Part shown: positions 37,314-50,018 of the stretch, one piece after another
Layout of the letters: every line of letters begins with the position of its first letter
Numbering within the stretch: the stretch's first letter is position 1
Assembly: GCA_051294375.1 (NCBI GenBank)
Contig: CM119269.1
Coordinates: 1,069,037-1,133,036, forward strand
DNA from: Paraspadella gotoi
Lineage: Eukaryota > Animalia > Chaetognatha
Direction of reading: 5' to 3'
Length of the DNA stretch: 64,000 nucleotides
Program-made: the position numbers and the translations under genes
The notes under the pieces: generated by a model
What the model was told of the DNA's origin: nothing
Databases searched by the model: none
What the model saw: only the letters and a program-made list of their open reading frames with translations

Positions 37314-40234
37314 CATCACTCAAACACCCCTTTGCTCCACTCAATCGCTCCATCAATTCATTCCCCATATATTCGCTTTTGTCCCGACCGGCCTTCGTTT
37401 TGCTCCTTTGTTCAGGCTCGCTACTGTCTGGCGCAATTTGCGGCCAAAACCTCCTCAGTCGTAAACCTTCGCTCTTTTTGCGACATTCCCTCATATTCTC
37501 TCTTCTTGTATCCATTGCCTCCGATTCCCCTCTTTCCTTTCTTCTTTCTTTTCTCTCTTCTTATCTTTCCTCTCTCTTCTCCTCTTTTCTATCTTTTTTC
37601 CTTTCTCTTCTCCTCTTTCCTCTCTCTCTTTACTTTCTTATCCTCTTTCCTCTCTCTTCTTCTATTTCCTTTCCTTTCCTCTCTCTTCTCTTTTTTTCTA
37701 TCTTCTTTCCTCTCTCTTCTCCTCTTTCCTCTCTCTCTCCTCTCGTCTCTCTACTTTCATAGAGAGCTAGGTTTGTGTGTGCGTGAATCGAAGATTTGGA
37801 GTGAGCGTGAACCATATGCTTCGGAGGTGGAAACTCGAGGCGCCAAAAAAAAGAAAACAAAAAAGAACAAAAAAAGAACAATAAAAGAGAGAACTACGCA
37901 AGATAATCATGTTGCTGGCGTTTCTTTCCTGATTTTTTAAATTATTCATGATTCACCAGTTATTTTTTTTAAGAAAGAAAAAAGAAAACACATAGATTAT
38001 TATTCCGGTTTCTTAAATAAGAATTGATAAACTTTGGCCATCCGATCGGAAAACGTCGAGAAAACGTGATCAAAGAAAGAGAAAGCTTGTGCTTTCAGCA
38101 GTGGACGGGAAAACACTTGCTCTCTTCTCTCGTGACGCAGCGAAGAGCAACTGCCTCTCTCAACTCGCTCTCCACGACCGGGGAGAAAATGACTTGGTGT
38201 TGTGGAGTAGGGAAGCACGAAACCGCGAGGAGATAATCGCTTTAGTCGCTTTGGCACGCCCGCACATGTTTTTCTCAACTCTCTTCTCTCTCGCTCGCTC
38301 CTCTGTCCCACGCTCGCGCTCGGTCTGTCTCGCTCCGGTCACCTCGCTCGCTCACGCTCCGCGCTCTCCACCTTCACTGTTTAAAATGCAACATAATTTC
38401 GCCTTAAATAAGTTCGCTCGTCTTGTTTAAGCCCACACAAAGAAAACCATCACACACTCTAGGACTGCTACCGTCCGCGCCTCTCTGCACCAAACTCGCC
38501 TAAAACTATAAAGGACCACACACACGCGCGTGATATCCCGATAACGCAGTGAGATGTCATAAAATCACCACAGGCATGCGTAGGAAAGTATTGTAAACTC
38601 CATCGTCCATGTCGCTCAATGTCACGTGAAAATAAAGTCACGGCGAGCGGTCCAAGCACCACTCTGGATCCACCACCGCACTCTTGTTTTCCCTCTCACT
38701 CGACCCGGCCCCGTTTACTGTCAGTGAAATTTTTTTCTTGGTCAGACATTGGAGATCGAATCGTCGCAGGCGCGAGAGAAGGAAGAGAGTCGCGCACTCG
38801 CGCGCTCGCACGCTACACCACTCACTGTCATCACCGCCGGGTGAACACCTAAGGACACGGCTAGGGAGAGGACCGATTGAGAAGGTTACACGGATACTGT
38901 GATCGATCTTTTTATGCTACTATCTTTTTAGGAGGAAGCCCAATAAAACGCCCTCCAAATCTCATCTACTACTCTCCAGTAAAGGCCTCTCTCGTAGACC
39001 CCATTCGCGCTCCATACTCTTCACAACAACACAAGTAGCCAGTCACACACACCACTCATCACTCTATCTCTACTCACGAATGCTTGTATACCAAGACCGT
39101 ACAATTATATCAAAACAGATCGTAAAACAGAAAGATCTAAAAACAATCACCGAAATGCGCGCTCCAGAGGCCAACGCTCATTACATAAGCCACCACTCAC
39201 AACCGGCAGCACAACACGCTCACACAAGCCGCGGCAAGAAGGACAGGACGCTGAACAAGGCACGCTGACACGCGCACCCCGCAGACCACACCAGTCTGCG
39301 CCAGTCGCAAGACGCACAGGCGCCACCCACACCGCTCGTAGACTGCGTACTCGTGACAAACGAGACCGCGTGATTCAAGGAATACGGAGTTTTTTCTTTT
39401 TTTCATTTTTTTTTGCTCCGCTCCGTCTTAGTTAGAATCTCACAACCCCACTTTCACCCCGACTTGCGCATCATCCTCCTTCCACACACACACGCTCCTC
39501 CTCAAACGTTAAAATTAGAAAATATACTTTTAGTTTTTGGGTTGGGTTTTTAAAAAAATTAACAGTTACCGAAGGTTTAGGGTTTAAAGATCTCAACCGC
39601 CCTCATCACAGCGCATTAACGCTCACTCCACGCGCCATTGGGTTAAAATTTTTGGTCACACACACCGCACACGCGCTCTCACACGCACACTACGCCTCGC
39701 TCTCACATCAAGCTTCACAGGATTAAACTTACACAGAACAAAAAATGGAGCAGCTTCCGTTAAAATTGATCGAAGCGATCTTCCTTCTTTCCATTTTTTA
39801 TCGATTTGTTTAACTTGTCTTCCAGCTTATTACCTCTATTCTATGTTTTTTTTTTTTGTTCTCTGCTACTAGAACTGATGTTTCCACAATGTTTCTCTCT
39901 CTCTCTCTCTCTCTCATCATCATCTCTCTCAATCATCGCTCTCGCTCTCTCATCTCTCTCTCTTCTCTTTCCTATCCTTCTTCCTCACTCTTCTTCTCTT
40001 TCCTCTCTCTTCTGCTATTTCCTCTCTCCTCTCTCTTCTCCTCTTCCCTTTCCTCTTTCTTCTCCTCTTCTGCTCTCTCTTCGTCTCTCTCCTCTTCTCT
40101 TTCCCTCCCTATCGAATCTTTTAACGATGCCGAACATTTCTCTGAATTTTAATTCCAAATCATTTTCATGCCATTTCAAAAGACGACGACGACGACGACG
40201 ACGACGAGACCAACGTTCTCAACAAGCCCTTCGC

Positions 40235-40265
<31 letters not shown>

Positions 40266-41650
40266 TTCAATGCCAACGACGACGTCAAAATCGGCGACGT
40301 GCCACTCTTGACGTCGGGTCATTCGCTTTGGGGAAAAAAAAAGAGGAGAGAAAATGAATTTGATTTTCGCTCTCAATTTTTTATCTTTATTTTTTTTTCT
40401 TTATTCTTTCTTTTCATCAACCGAGATTTTTTATTGTTTTCGATTTCAATGAAAATTTAGCTTTTTTTTTTCGTCCCTAACTGACACCGAAAATGCACCC
40501 AAGTCATTTACAACCCCCCGACCCTTCAGATGGCGCATTTGGGTTTCAATCGTGAGTTTATCTTTTCCCCTTTGACCAAAAAAAAAAAAAGAAGAAAAAA
40601 ATGGTTCCGAAATTCCACCGAGAAAAACCAAAGAGGAAAAAAGCTTATAAATTTGTTAAGTAATAGTAAATACTATAAAACTCGGTATTATAACCATTAA
40701 CGTATATATAGGAACTTAAAAAGTACGCATGCCGTCGAGGCATCGGGCACAACTCAGATATCCTTCGCTCGTCTTTCGTTTCGCCCAGAATTTCATTCTT
40801 TTTATTGTAGCTTCATCCACGACTTTANNNNNNNNNNNNNNNNNNNNNNNNNNNNNNNNNNNNNNNNNNNNNNNNNNNNNNNNNNNNNNNNNNNNNNNNN
40901 NNNNNNNNNNNNNNNNNNNNNNNNNNNNNNNNNNNNNNNNNNNNNNNNNNNNNNNNNNNNNNNNNNNNNNNNNNNNNNNNNNNNNNNNNNNNNNNNNNNN
41001 NNNNNNNNNNNNNNNNNNNNNNNNNNNNNNNNNNNNNNNNNNNNNNNNNNNNNNNNNNNNNNNNNNNNNNNNNNNNNNNNNNNNNNNNNNNNNNNNNNNN
41101 NNNNNNNNNNNNNNNNNNNNNNNNNNNNNNNNNNNNNNNNNNNNNNNNNNNNNNNNNNNNNNNNNNNNNNNNNNNNNNNNNNNNNNNNNNNNNNNNNNNN
41201 NNNNNNNNNNNNNNNNNNNNNNNNNNNNNNNNNNNNNNNNNNNNNNNNNNNNNNNNNNNNNNNNNNNNNNNNNNNNNNNNNNNNNNNNNNNNNNNNNNNN
41301 NNNNNNNNNNNNNNNNNNNNNNNNNNNNNNNNNNNNNNNNNNNNNNNNNNNNNNNNNNNNNNNNNNNNNNNNNNNNNNNNNNNNGGAAGGGAAGGGGAAG
41401 GGGACTCGAGAGGACTTTCAGGAAAGGGCATTCAAAGGGGAAGGCAAGAGACTGGAGGAAAAAGTTAAAATGGAAAAAGTAATGGAAAATATATCGACGT
41501 TGGATTTTATTTTGGAAAGCCTTTTCTCTTTGCATTCTCTCTTTCGCTCTTTCTATCGCTCTCACTCTGTCTCTCTTTTAACCGGCATATCTCGCTTTCT
41601 ATCGATCTCGCTCTCTCTTTTCTTAAAAAAATGTGTGCGAGAGTGAAAAT

Positions 41651-41688
<38 letters not shown>

Positions 41689-43119
41689 ACTACTCACTTC
41701 ACAGATGCGATGCTCAGCATCGATGCACTACTATGCAGAAGAGATGAAATGGGCAGAGAGGGGAGAGAGCACGACCACTTACGTATCAGCGCAGTGGCCT
41801 TTCCTCGTTCGTATGTTCACATTTTTGCGTGTATCTCCGAGTCTCTTCTCTCTCTCCATCCAGTTGTCGAATGTCCGACCATTTCCGTGCTATTCTCATC
41901 GTCATCACTACCATCATGTACTCATCTATGCAGAGAGAGAAGAGAGAGAGAGAGAGATGCGACACGAGAGAGAGCATCGAAGCGTCAGTCAGACACGAGA
42001 TCGAGTCTCAGAGCAGCACTGCACGATAGATGCGATTTCCGTCGAGAGAGAGACGATTATTACATTATTTACCACGTTATTGCTTTCTACGACGTCTTAG
42101 CACACGAGCCAAGCCATGTAGGAGAGCATTTTCATCTGCTTACGTACAGATTCGTATCGGATCGAGACTACATGCGTCATCGTACGATCGCTATGAGTCC
42201 ACTGCAGTCTACTCACTCTGATTCAAATTCTCACAAATTCGGGAACGACGCAACAAATACACCTCAGCTTTCTGATTAGCGCGTTCCAGTCATTTTCTAT
42301 ATAAATAACAACCTCTTTCTTCTCTACTCTCTGTCTTCTCTCCTCCTCTGCATCTCTTGCAGTTGACCTGCTTTCTCTCTCTCATCCCTCGCGTCCCTCT
42401 CTCTGTCTCCTCTTCCAATCTCGTCCGCTCTCTCATCCGTCTCTCTCTCTCCTCCCTCGTGACTTGGATACATCGATACGCTTCGATCACTCTCTCTCCG
42501 CGTGCCGGTCCAGCTCTCCTCTCATTCTTCTCGCTAAGTATTATCCTTTCTCAGAATTTCAGCAATCAGATTATGTATCTCTTTATTGCCATACATTTCC
42601 TATAAAGTCAGATTTAAATGTATCTCTAATTTGTTAAGCTAGTACTTAATTTCACTTTTACTATGTTATGACACAGTCTTTTCTGCTTTCTTCACTATGA
42701 GGAACACCACAATTTACTATCATTTATGAGCGCGCAGCCGCAAGCGCAAGTGCGCTATAGATTGCTCAAAGTGCTATCTCATTCACCACATTGCCTTGCA
42801 TTACATATGCACTTCAGTACCTACTTTGCATATCATCCTCTCATTTCTCTCTCTCTCTCTCTCTTCTCCTCTTCCCTCTTCCGTTCCATATCCGTGCGCG
42901 CATCTCTCTCTTCTCTCTCTTGCTCCTCCGTCCGTTCCTCTCTCTTCTCTCCTCTCCCCCTCCTCTCCTCTACCCTTCCCTCCTTCTTTCCTCCCATTTC
43001 TTTTCTTTTCTTTCTCCGTCTTCCTCCACCGTTGACTTTTCCTTTCCTTCCTCCATTCATTCCTAATTGAATTCAAGTCTCTCGTCGATTTTATCGAAAA
43101 GGGGAACTTTGGAATCTTC

Positions 43120-43180
43120 GCCACGCCCACCACCTCTCCCCAAAGCCACGCCCACCACCTCTCCCCAAAGCCACGCCCCC
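43120..43180. repeat. 25-bp tandem repeat x2.4 carrying GCCACGCCC
   Basis: gccacgcccaccacctctccccaaa at 43120 and 43145, partial at 43170. Confidence 0.9.
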
Positions 43181-43550
43181 TCCCCTCCCACCTTCTCGTC
43201 AACCCACCCTCGACATCTTCCTTCATCCCCGCTTAAGCGAAAGGTCGGGTCACGCGTCACCCACCATCTCCACTTGGATTCGTCAAATCTTTTTCTTTTT
43301 CGATTCTTCGACGCGAACTCCCGTTTTAACTTCTTAACTTCAATTCTCCCTCTCTCTTTCTCGTTGTCTCGCTCTCCTTCTCTCTGTCTCCCTCTTTTCT
43401 CTCTTTTCTATTCATTTCGTCAAAAACTTATCTTTCTAAGACTTTATATTTTTTGAACACTTTGGTTCTGCTTATACGTAGAATCTGTTGCTTAAAATTG
43501 AATAAAATTAAAAATATTTAAATTTCAAAGTTTTAAGGAGTAAAAATCTA

Positions 43551-43587
<37 letters not shown>

Positions 43588-43801
43588 NNNNNNNNNNNNN
43601 NNNNNNNNNNNNNNNNNNNNNNNNNNNNNNNNNNNNNNNNNNNNNNNNNNNNNNNNNNNNNNNNNNNNNNNNNNNNNNNNNNNNNNNNNNNNNNNNNNNN
43701 NNNNNNNNNNNNNNNNNNNNNNNNNNNNNNNNNNNNNNNNNNNNNNNNNNNNNNNNNNNNNNNNNNNNNNNNNNNNNNNNNNNNNNNNNNNNNNNNNNNN
43801 N

Positions 43802-43838
<37 letters not shown>

Positions 43839-44150
43839 GAGTTCGTTGGAATCGGCGATGTTCCTTCGTAAGTTTTGACTTTCCCCAGGAATCGTAAAAC
43901 CGCGTTGTTAATTAGGCGGCAAAATTATTCCGTTTTTCCTCTAAAAGTTTCCGTGATCTCGTTTTTTCTCATTTCTCAGTTCCGCCTTTGGGCTCCTTCT
44001 TTTTTTTTTACATCCTTTTTTTAGGTATTATTATTATTTTTTGTTCTGAACTTGTTAGTTATAAAGTTTCAGGTTTTATCTCCAAGTTCCACGATCGTTT
44101 TCCAGTTCCATGACCTAATTTTTTTTTCAATTTTCATCTCGGAGAGACCG

Positions 44151-44211
<61 letters not shown>

Positions 44212-44809
44212 AAGCCACGACTGAGGATTGCGGACGGTTCCCCCGATGTTCAAAAACATTGACGTATATTAAATCTCGGTTTTTGTTGTTCGAAGCCTTT
44301 GTTGTTGTTGTTGTAGTTGTCGACGGGAACCTCCCGACAAATGAAAGGATAATGTTCGAAGTTTTTTCCATTTTCTCGCAATCCCGTCCGAAGAGGAGGC
44401 TGGATGTTTATTATTTTTTTCTTTTGACCTTTTTTTACCTCTCTCTCTCTCTCNNNNNNNNNNNNNNNNNNNNNNNNNNNNNNNNNNNNNNNNNNNNNNN
44501 NNNNNNNNNNNNNNNNNNNNNNNNNNNNNNNNNNNNNNNNNNNNNNNNNNNNNNNNNNNNNNNNNNNNNNNNNNNNNNNNNNNNNNNNNNNNNNNNNNNN
44601 NNNNNNNNNNNNNNNNNNNNNNNNNNNNNNNNNNNNNNNNNTGAGTCAGAGTCTTCTTTCCCATTAGTTATCTTCGTCTAAACTTTGTCAAAACCGAAAA
44701 AAAAGAAGAGAAGGCGAACAAAAGACGCTTAAATATTATTTCCTTTTTTGAAAAGCCATCCCTTTTGCCGAGTCGCGGTTCAGTAAACGAACGGCTAAAA
44801 GGAAATGCC

Positions 44810-45215
44810 CTTTCTTCTTTTTCTTCCTCTTTGCTTTTCTTTTTTCTTTTCTTTTTTTCCTTTCTCTTTGCTTTTCTTTTTTCTTTTCTTTTTTCCTTCC
44901 TCTTTGCTTTTTTTCTCTTCTTTTTAACTTCCTCTTTGTTTTTCTTTTTTCTTTTCTTTTTTCCTTCCTCTTTGCTTATCTTTTTTCTTTTCTTTTTTCC
45001 TTCCTCTTTGCTTTTTTTCTTTTCTTTTTTCCTTCCTCTTTGCTTTTCTTTTTTCTTTTCTTTTTTCCTTCCTCTTTTCTTTTCTTTTTTCTTTTCTTTT
45101 TCCTTCCTCATTGCTTTTCTTTTTTCTTTTCTTTTTTTTCCTTCCTCTTTGCTTTTTTCTTTTTTTTCCCTTCCTCTTTGCTTTTCTTTTTTCTTTTCTT
45201 TTTTCCTTTTTTTAC
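44810..45215. repeat. Pyrimidine minisatellite with a TTCCTCTTTGC core
   Basis: ttcct(c)tttgc recurs about every 30-35 bp within T/C runs. Confidence 0.8.
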
Positions 45216-45713
45216 CTCGTAGTTTTTTTACTTTCTTCTTTCCCGTCGGCAAACTCATTTCCGGCTAAGTGTCTTCGAATCAGGGTCCTTTCCCCTTTTT
45301 TGCCCCCCCCTCCGCCCCCTCCGCCCCCTACCCCCTTCTCATGTCGCTCGCGCCAAGTTCATCCCGAATCATTTCACAATTCGGTGCTCACAGTCTCACA
45401 GCCTCACAGAATTTGAAGAGTTAAGAGCGAAAGCGTGAAAGGGCGAAGAAAAACTTCTTTTTCTCAATTCACTTCTTATCGTAAAACTTTGGCTTTCGAA
45501 AGAAAAAAAGAAAAAAAAATGTTCTTTTTCCTTATTTTTTTTTTCGTATATCGCACGAAAACGGGATGAAAAATAAGATTTTTCGGTCTGTCAGTCAATT
45601 GTCATAATCTGTAATTAGACATTGGACGAAATTAACATTTTTCCTTGAGTCATTCTCTTTCGCATTTCCGATCAAGTTGATCGCCCGCGATGTGTTCAAC
45701 GACCCAGAGACCG

Positions 45714-45774
45714 AAGTCCAAAGTCCAAAGTCCAAAGTCCAAAGTCCAAAGTCCAAAGGCAAAGTCCAAAGTCC
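45714..45774. repeat. (AAGTCCA)n heptamer array
   Basis: aagtcca x~8, with one variant unit. Confidence 0.95.
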
Positions 45775-46538
45775 TTCAAGATTTCATTCATCCTTCCTCC
45801 ATCGGTCACGTGACCTTCATCGTCTTCATCATTTCCTCACCGCGACATTTTCTCCTCCGCGCGCCATCTACCTTTAATTCCGTGGCGACGCCCTCTGGAG
45901 TATCGTCGCTCCATCTTCGTTATTCTTGCCGACGACGCCCTCTAGCATCTTTTTTTTTTCCTTAGTGGCGATGCCACTTTCTTTTTGCCGTCTTTTTCAG
46001 ATTAGCTGCGAGGGCCACAAACCTCATGCCATCCTCTTACGCCATCCACTTACGCTACAAAGCTCATGCCATCCTCTTATTTTAGCTTAATTTTTCCTCC
46101 GCCATCCGCTATTAATTTTGCCTTTTCGACTTCTCAACGTCTTTGACATATTACTTACTGCCCGTGGCAAGCCGACTCAATAGTGCCATATTCTTGACGC
46201 CATATTCCTTTTTCCCCGTGGCAAACGCCTTCTCGCTCGGCGCCATCTTTCTCATTCCCAGCGGCGCCCTTTCCCTCCCCGCGCCCCATCCATTGTCTCC
46301 TTCTCTTTCTCCTCTCACTCTCTGTTCGTCTCTCCCTTTTTTTTTCTTTTTTTCGCCAATCTAACATTCATTCTCCATTCTCTCACAAGGACCTAAGACC
46401 CTCGAAGGAATAACTGTCTTCATAAACTGGCTTTTTACTAAGTTTTCGCAATAGCAGACATTTTGTATTCTTGCTTCTTCTTTCATAAAAAATTACTCTT
46501 TCTGCCCTTGCAAACCGTCTCTCCTTTCCGGGCGGCAC

Positions 46539-46589
<51 letters not shown>

Positions 46590-47074
46590 CTCTCTCTCTC
46601 TTCTGCTCTCTCTTCTCTATCTCTCTCTCTCTCTCTCTCTTTTCTCTCTTTCTCTCTCTCTCTTCTCCTATCTCCTATCTCCTTTGCTCTCTCCCTCTCG
46701 CTCTCTATCTTCCATTTTCTGAACTTTAACCTCAAAATAAATTACCAGTTTCTGAGCGCACTCTCTCTCTCTCATCTCATTTTTTTTCCTAGAAATTCTT
46801 GTTCTCGTAAAAATCCAGGTCACAGAAAATGAAGATTTTATATTCATCAGTGGAACCACCTCTCGGAACTTCCATGAATTTTTTTTTCTTTATCAGTTAG
46901 AGAGTACTCTCGAATCGTCCTATTTCTTGCAAACCTCCCATTACTAGATTTAATGAATCAAAAAAATGGATAAATTAAAAAAAATATTAAAGAAATATAC
47001 TCTCTCAAATGATCCATAAAAACTTTTTGAAATATAGATTTACTCGGTCTGTTTGTTGTTTACGTGGCTGTCTA

Positions 47075-47108
<34 letters not shown>

Positions 47109-48427
47109 NNNNNNNNNNNNNNNNNNNNNNNNNNNNNNNNNNNNNNNNNNNNNNNNNNNNNNNNNNNNNNNNNNNNNNNNNNNNNNNNNNNNNNNNNNNN
47201 NNNNNNNNNNNNNNNNNNNNNNNNNNTCTCTCTCTCTCTCTCTCCCTTTCTCGCGAGAAAGAGATCGAAAAAATCTTTGACGAAAACTCGTTGAATAATT
47301 CAAAGAGTTTCGTCGATAAAGCGACAGGAAACTGTTATGGGCGGATGGCGCGGAAAAAAGAAAGAAAAAAGAAAGAATTANNNNNNNNNNNNNNNNNNNN
47401 NNNNNNNNNNNNNNNNNNNNNNNNNNNNNNNNNNNNNNNNNNNNNNNNNNNNNNNNNNNNNNNNNNNNNNNNNNNNNNNNNNNNNNNNNNNNNNNNNNNN
47501 NNNNGAAAGAAAAAAATAAAGAAAGAAAGAAAGAAAGAAAGAAACAAAGAGAGAGAGAGAGATTGGTTGATTGATTTTATTGTCCATGTTTGCACACATC
47601 GCAATTTTCCTTTCGGACGGAATGAAATAAAAAAAGGGAAAGAGAGAACAGTTTTCACGGGAAAGAAAAAAAACACCTTATTTTCTGATTCTCCTTCGCT
47701 TCTTTTCCGATCCGCTGGGTCGACCTCTTCCTCCTNNNNNNNNNNNNNNNNNNNNNNNNNNNNNNNNNNNNNNNNNNNNNNNNNNNNNNNNNNNNNNNNN
47801 NNNNNNNNNNNNNNNNNNNNNNNNNNNNNNNNNNNNNNNNNNNNNNNNNNNNNNNNNNNNNNNNNNNNNNNNNNNNNNNNNNNNNNNNNNNNNNNNNNNN
47901 NNNNNNNNNNNNNNNNNNNNNNNNNNNNNNNNNNNNNNNNNNNNNNNNNNNNNNNNNNNNNNNNNNNNNNNNNNNNNNNNNNNNNNNNNNNNNNNNNNNN
48001 NNNNNNNNNNNNNNNNNNNNNNNNNNNNNNNNNNNNNNNNNNNNNNNNNNNNNNNNAGAAGGGCGAGGAAGCGATTAAATGAAATTTGCCAAAATAAAAT
48101 TGGGATGAAAGGAAGAAAGGAAATCGAGAAATAGAGAAACGATTTTAAACGCCAACGATAGGAGGAGACGGAGTAAAGTTGCCGGAAGAAAATGGTGATG
48201 AAAAATAGATAGGAAAAGAAAAGAGAAGACCGCGTTGTAAAAGAACCGAAAGGGAAAAAAAATGAGATGAAAGAAAAAGACTTGTGACACCCAATTTGTA
48301 GAACCTTGAGCCTGAGGTAAAAAAAAAACTTTTTCTTTTCTTTTTTCTTTTCTTTCTTTTTTCTCCCCCCCTTCAGCGGTGATAAGGTGAAAAGCAAAAT
48401 GGGTGAGAGAAAAACACAAGACGCCCT

Positions 48428-48430
<3 letters not shown>

Positions 48431-48476
<46 letters not shown>
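48431..48476. repeat. (GAC)n microsatellite; others at ~24700, ~25140, ~40180-40265, ~58810 and ~61830
   Basis: Directly visible. Confidence 0.97.
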
Positions 48477-49959
48477 AGAATTCGTTGGGTGTCGTCATCG
48501 TAATTTCGACGAAGTATATTTTACAAGTTGCCGCAAACATCTAATTTTAATACAATGCTTCAGCTTAATATTTAAACAATTACGAAGATGAAATGCCTTT
48601 TTTATAATAAGTAAACACCGAAGTGTATTAAAAATTATAAAAAATAAAAAAAAGGAAAAAAAAAATAATAAAAAACTCCGGGGCTTATGAACCGGCAAGA
48701 GGGATTGCCTTCCATCTCATTCGCCCGAAAGGATCAAGACTCCAAAAACGGAAGAGAATTGGCCGAACGGAACTGAGAGAGGCTCAGGGTGGGAACCGGA
48801 GATCGGGGAAGAACCGGGGAACAATCGGGAATAGAGAGGAACAGGGGAAGGAACGAGGGAAGAATCGGGGGTGGAAAAAGCCAATCGGGTACAACCGGGG
48901 ATTAAACGAAGGCTAAAAGAGCCTCAGCTCAGTTCGTTGTTTGCTGAGAGAATGGAATCACGTTCGATGCGGAATATTTCGTCGGTGATGCGTGACGGGC
49001 GCCGCTTCATTCCTGATTCGTGACAGCCCCGATGGGCGCCGGGAAGGAGCGCCGTGTTCCGGATGCGAGCGCCCGGAGCTGGGCGCCGCANNNNNNNNNN
49101 NNNNNNNNNNNNNNNNNNNNNNNNNNNNNNNNNNNNNNNNNNNNNNNNNNNNNNNNNNNNNNNNNNNNNNNNNNNNNNNNNNNNNNNNNNNNNNNNNNNN
49201 NNNNNNNNNNNNNNNNNNNNNNNNNNNNNNNNNNNNNNNNNNNNNNNNNNNNNNNNNNNNNNNNNNNNNNNNNNNNNNNNNNNNNNNNNNNNNNNNNNNN
49301 NNNNNNNNNNNNNNNNNNNNNNNNNNNNNNNNNNNNNNNNNNNNNNNNNNNNNNNNNNNNNNNNNNNNNNNNNNNNNNNNNNNNNNNNNNNNGAGAGAGA
49401 GAGAGAGAGAGAGAGGCGTGGCTAAATATGAATAGTGTATAGAGCCGTAGGTTGCCAATGGTGAGAGCAAGTGAAAGAATGGAAAGAAATAAGTCTAATA
49501 ACTGGAGAAGCAGAATAAATTGTGAGCGAGTGATTGATTTTTGTATTTGATTGATTGATTGCGAGCATAAAGAAATGACAACCTCGGCCAACAATTAAGA
49601 ATTAAGACGTACAAATTTACAACGAAAGAAAGAAAGCAAGAATTCTAAACTTATCCAGCGAAAGCGGACCGGAGTGAAAAAAGAGAGAAAAGTAGGGCAA
49701 ATCCAAAGTGAAAAGTCAGAAGGGAATAGAGTTGGTATCGACATCTGAGTGAAATTGGAGGCCACGAATCGGGTTTGGTTGCTTGGCAACCACAACCAGG
49801 TCGAAACGCCTCACTGTTTAATTATTAATAAAGAGAAATAAAGAGAAAATAGAAACTGAAGTAAAAAATAGAAATGTAGCGAAGAGAAAGAGTGAGGATG
49901 TCAATTGTAGTGAGACAATGTAGCTAAAAATTAAAGGAAGGAAAGAAAGAGAAGGACTT

Positions 49960-50018
49960 AAACATGAAACATGAAACATGAAACATTGAAACATGAAACA
50001 TGAAACATGAAACATGAA
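49960..50018. repeat. (AAACATG)n heptamer array
   Basis: aaacatg x~8. Confidence 0.95.
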
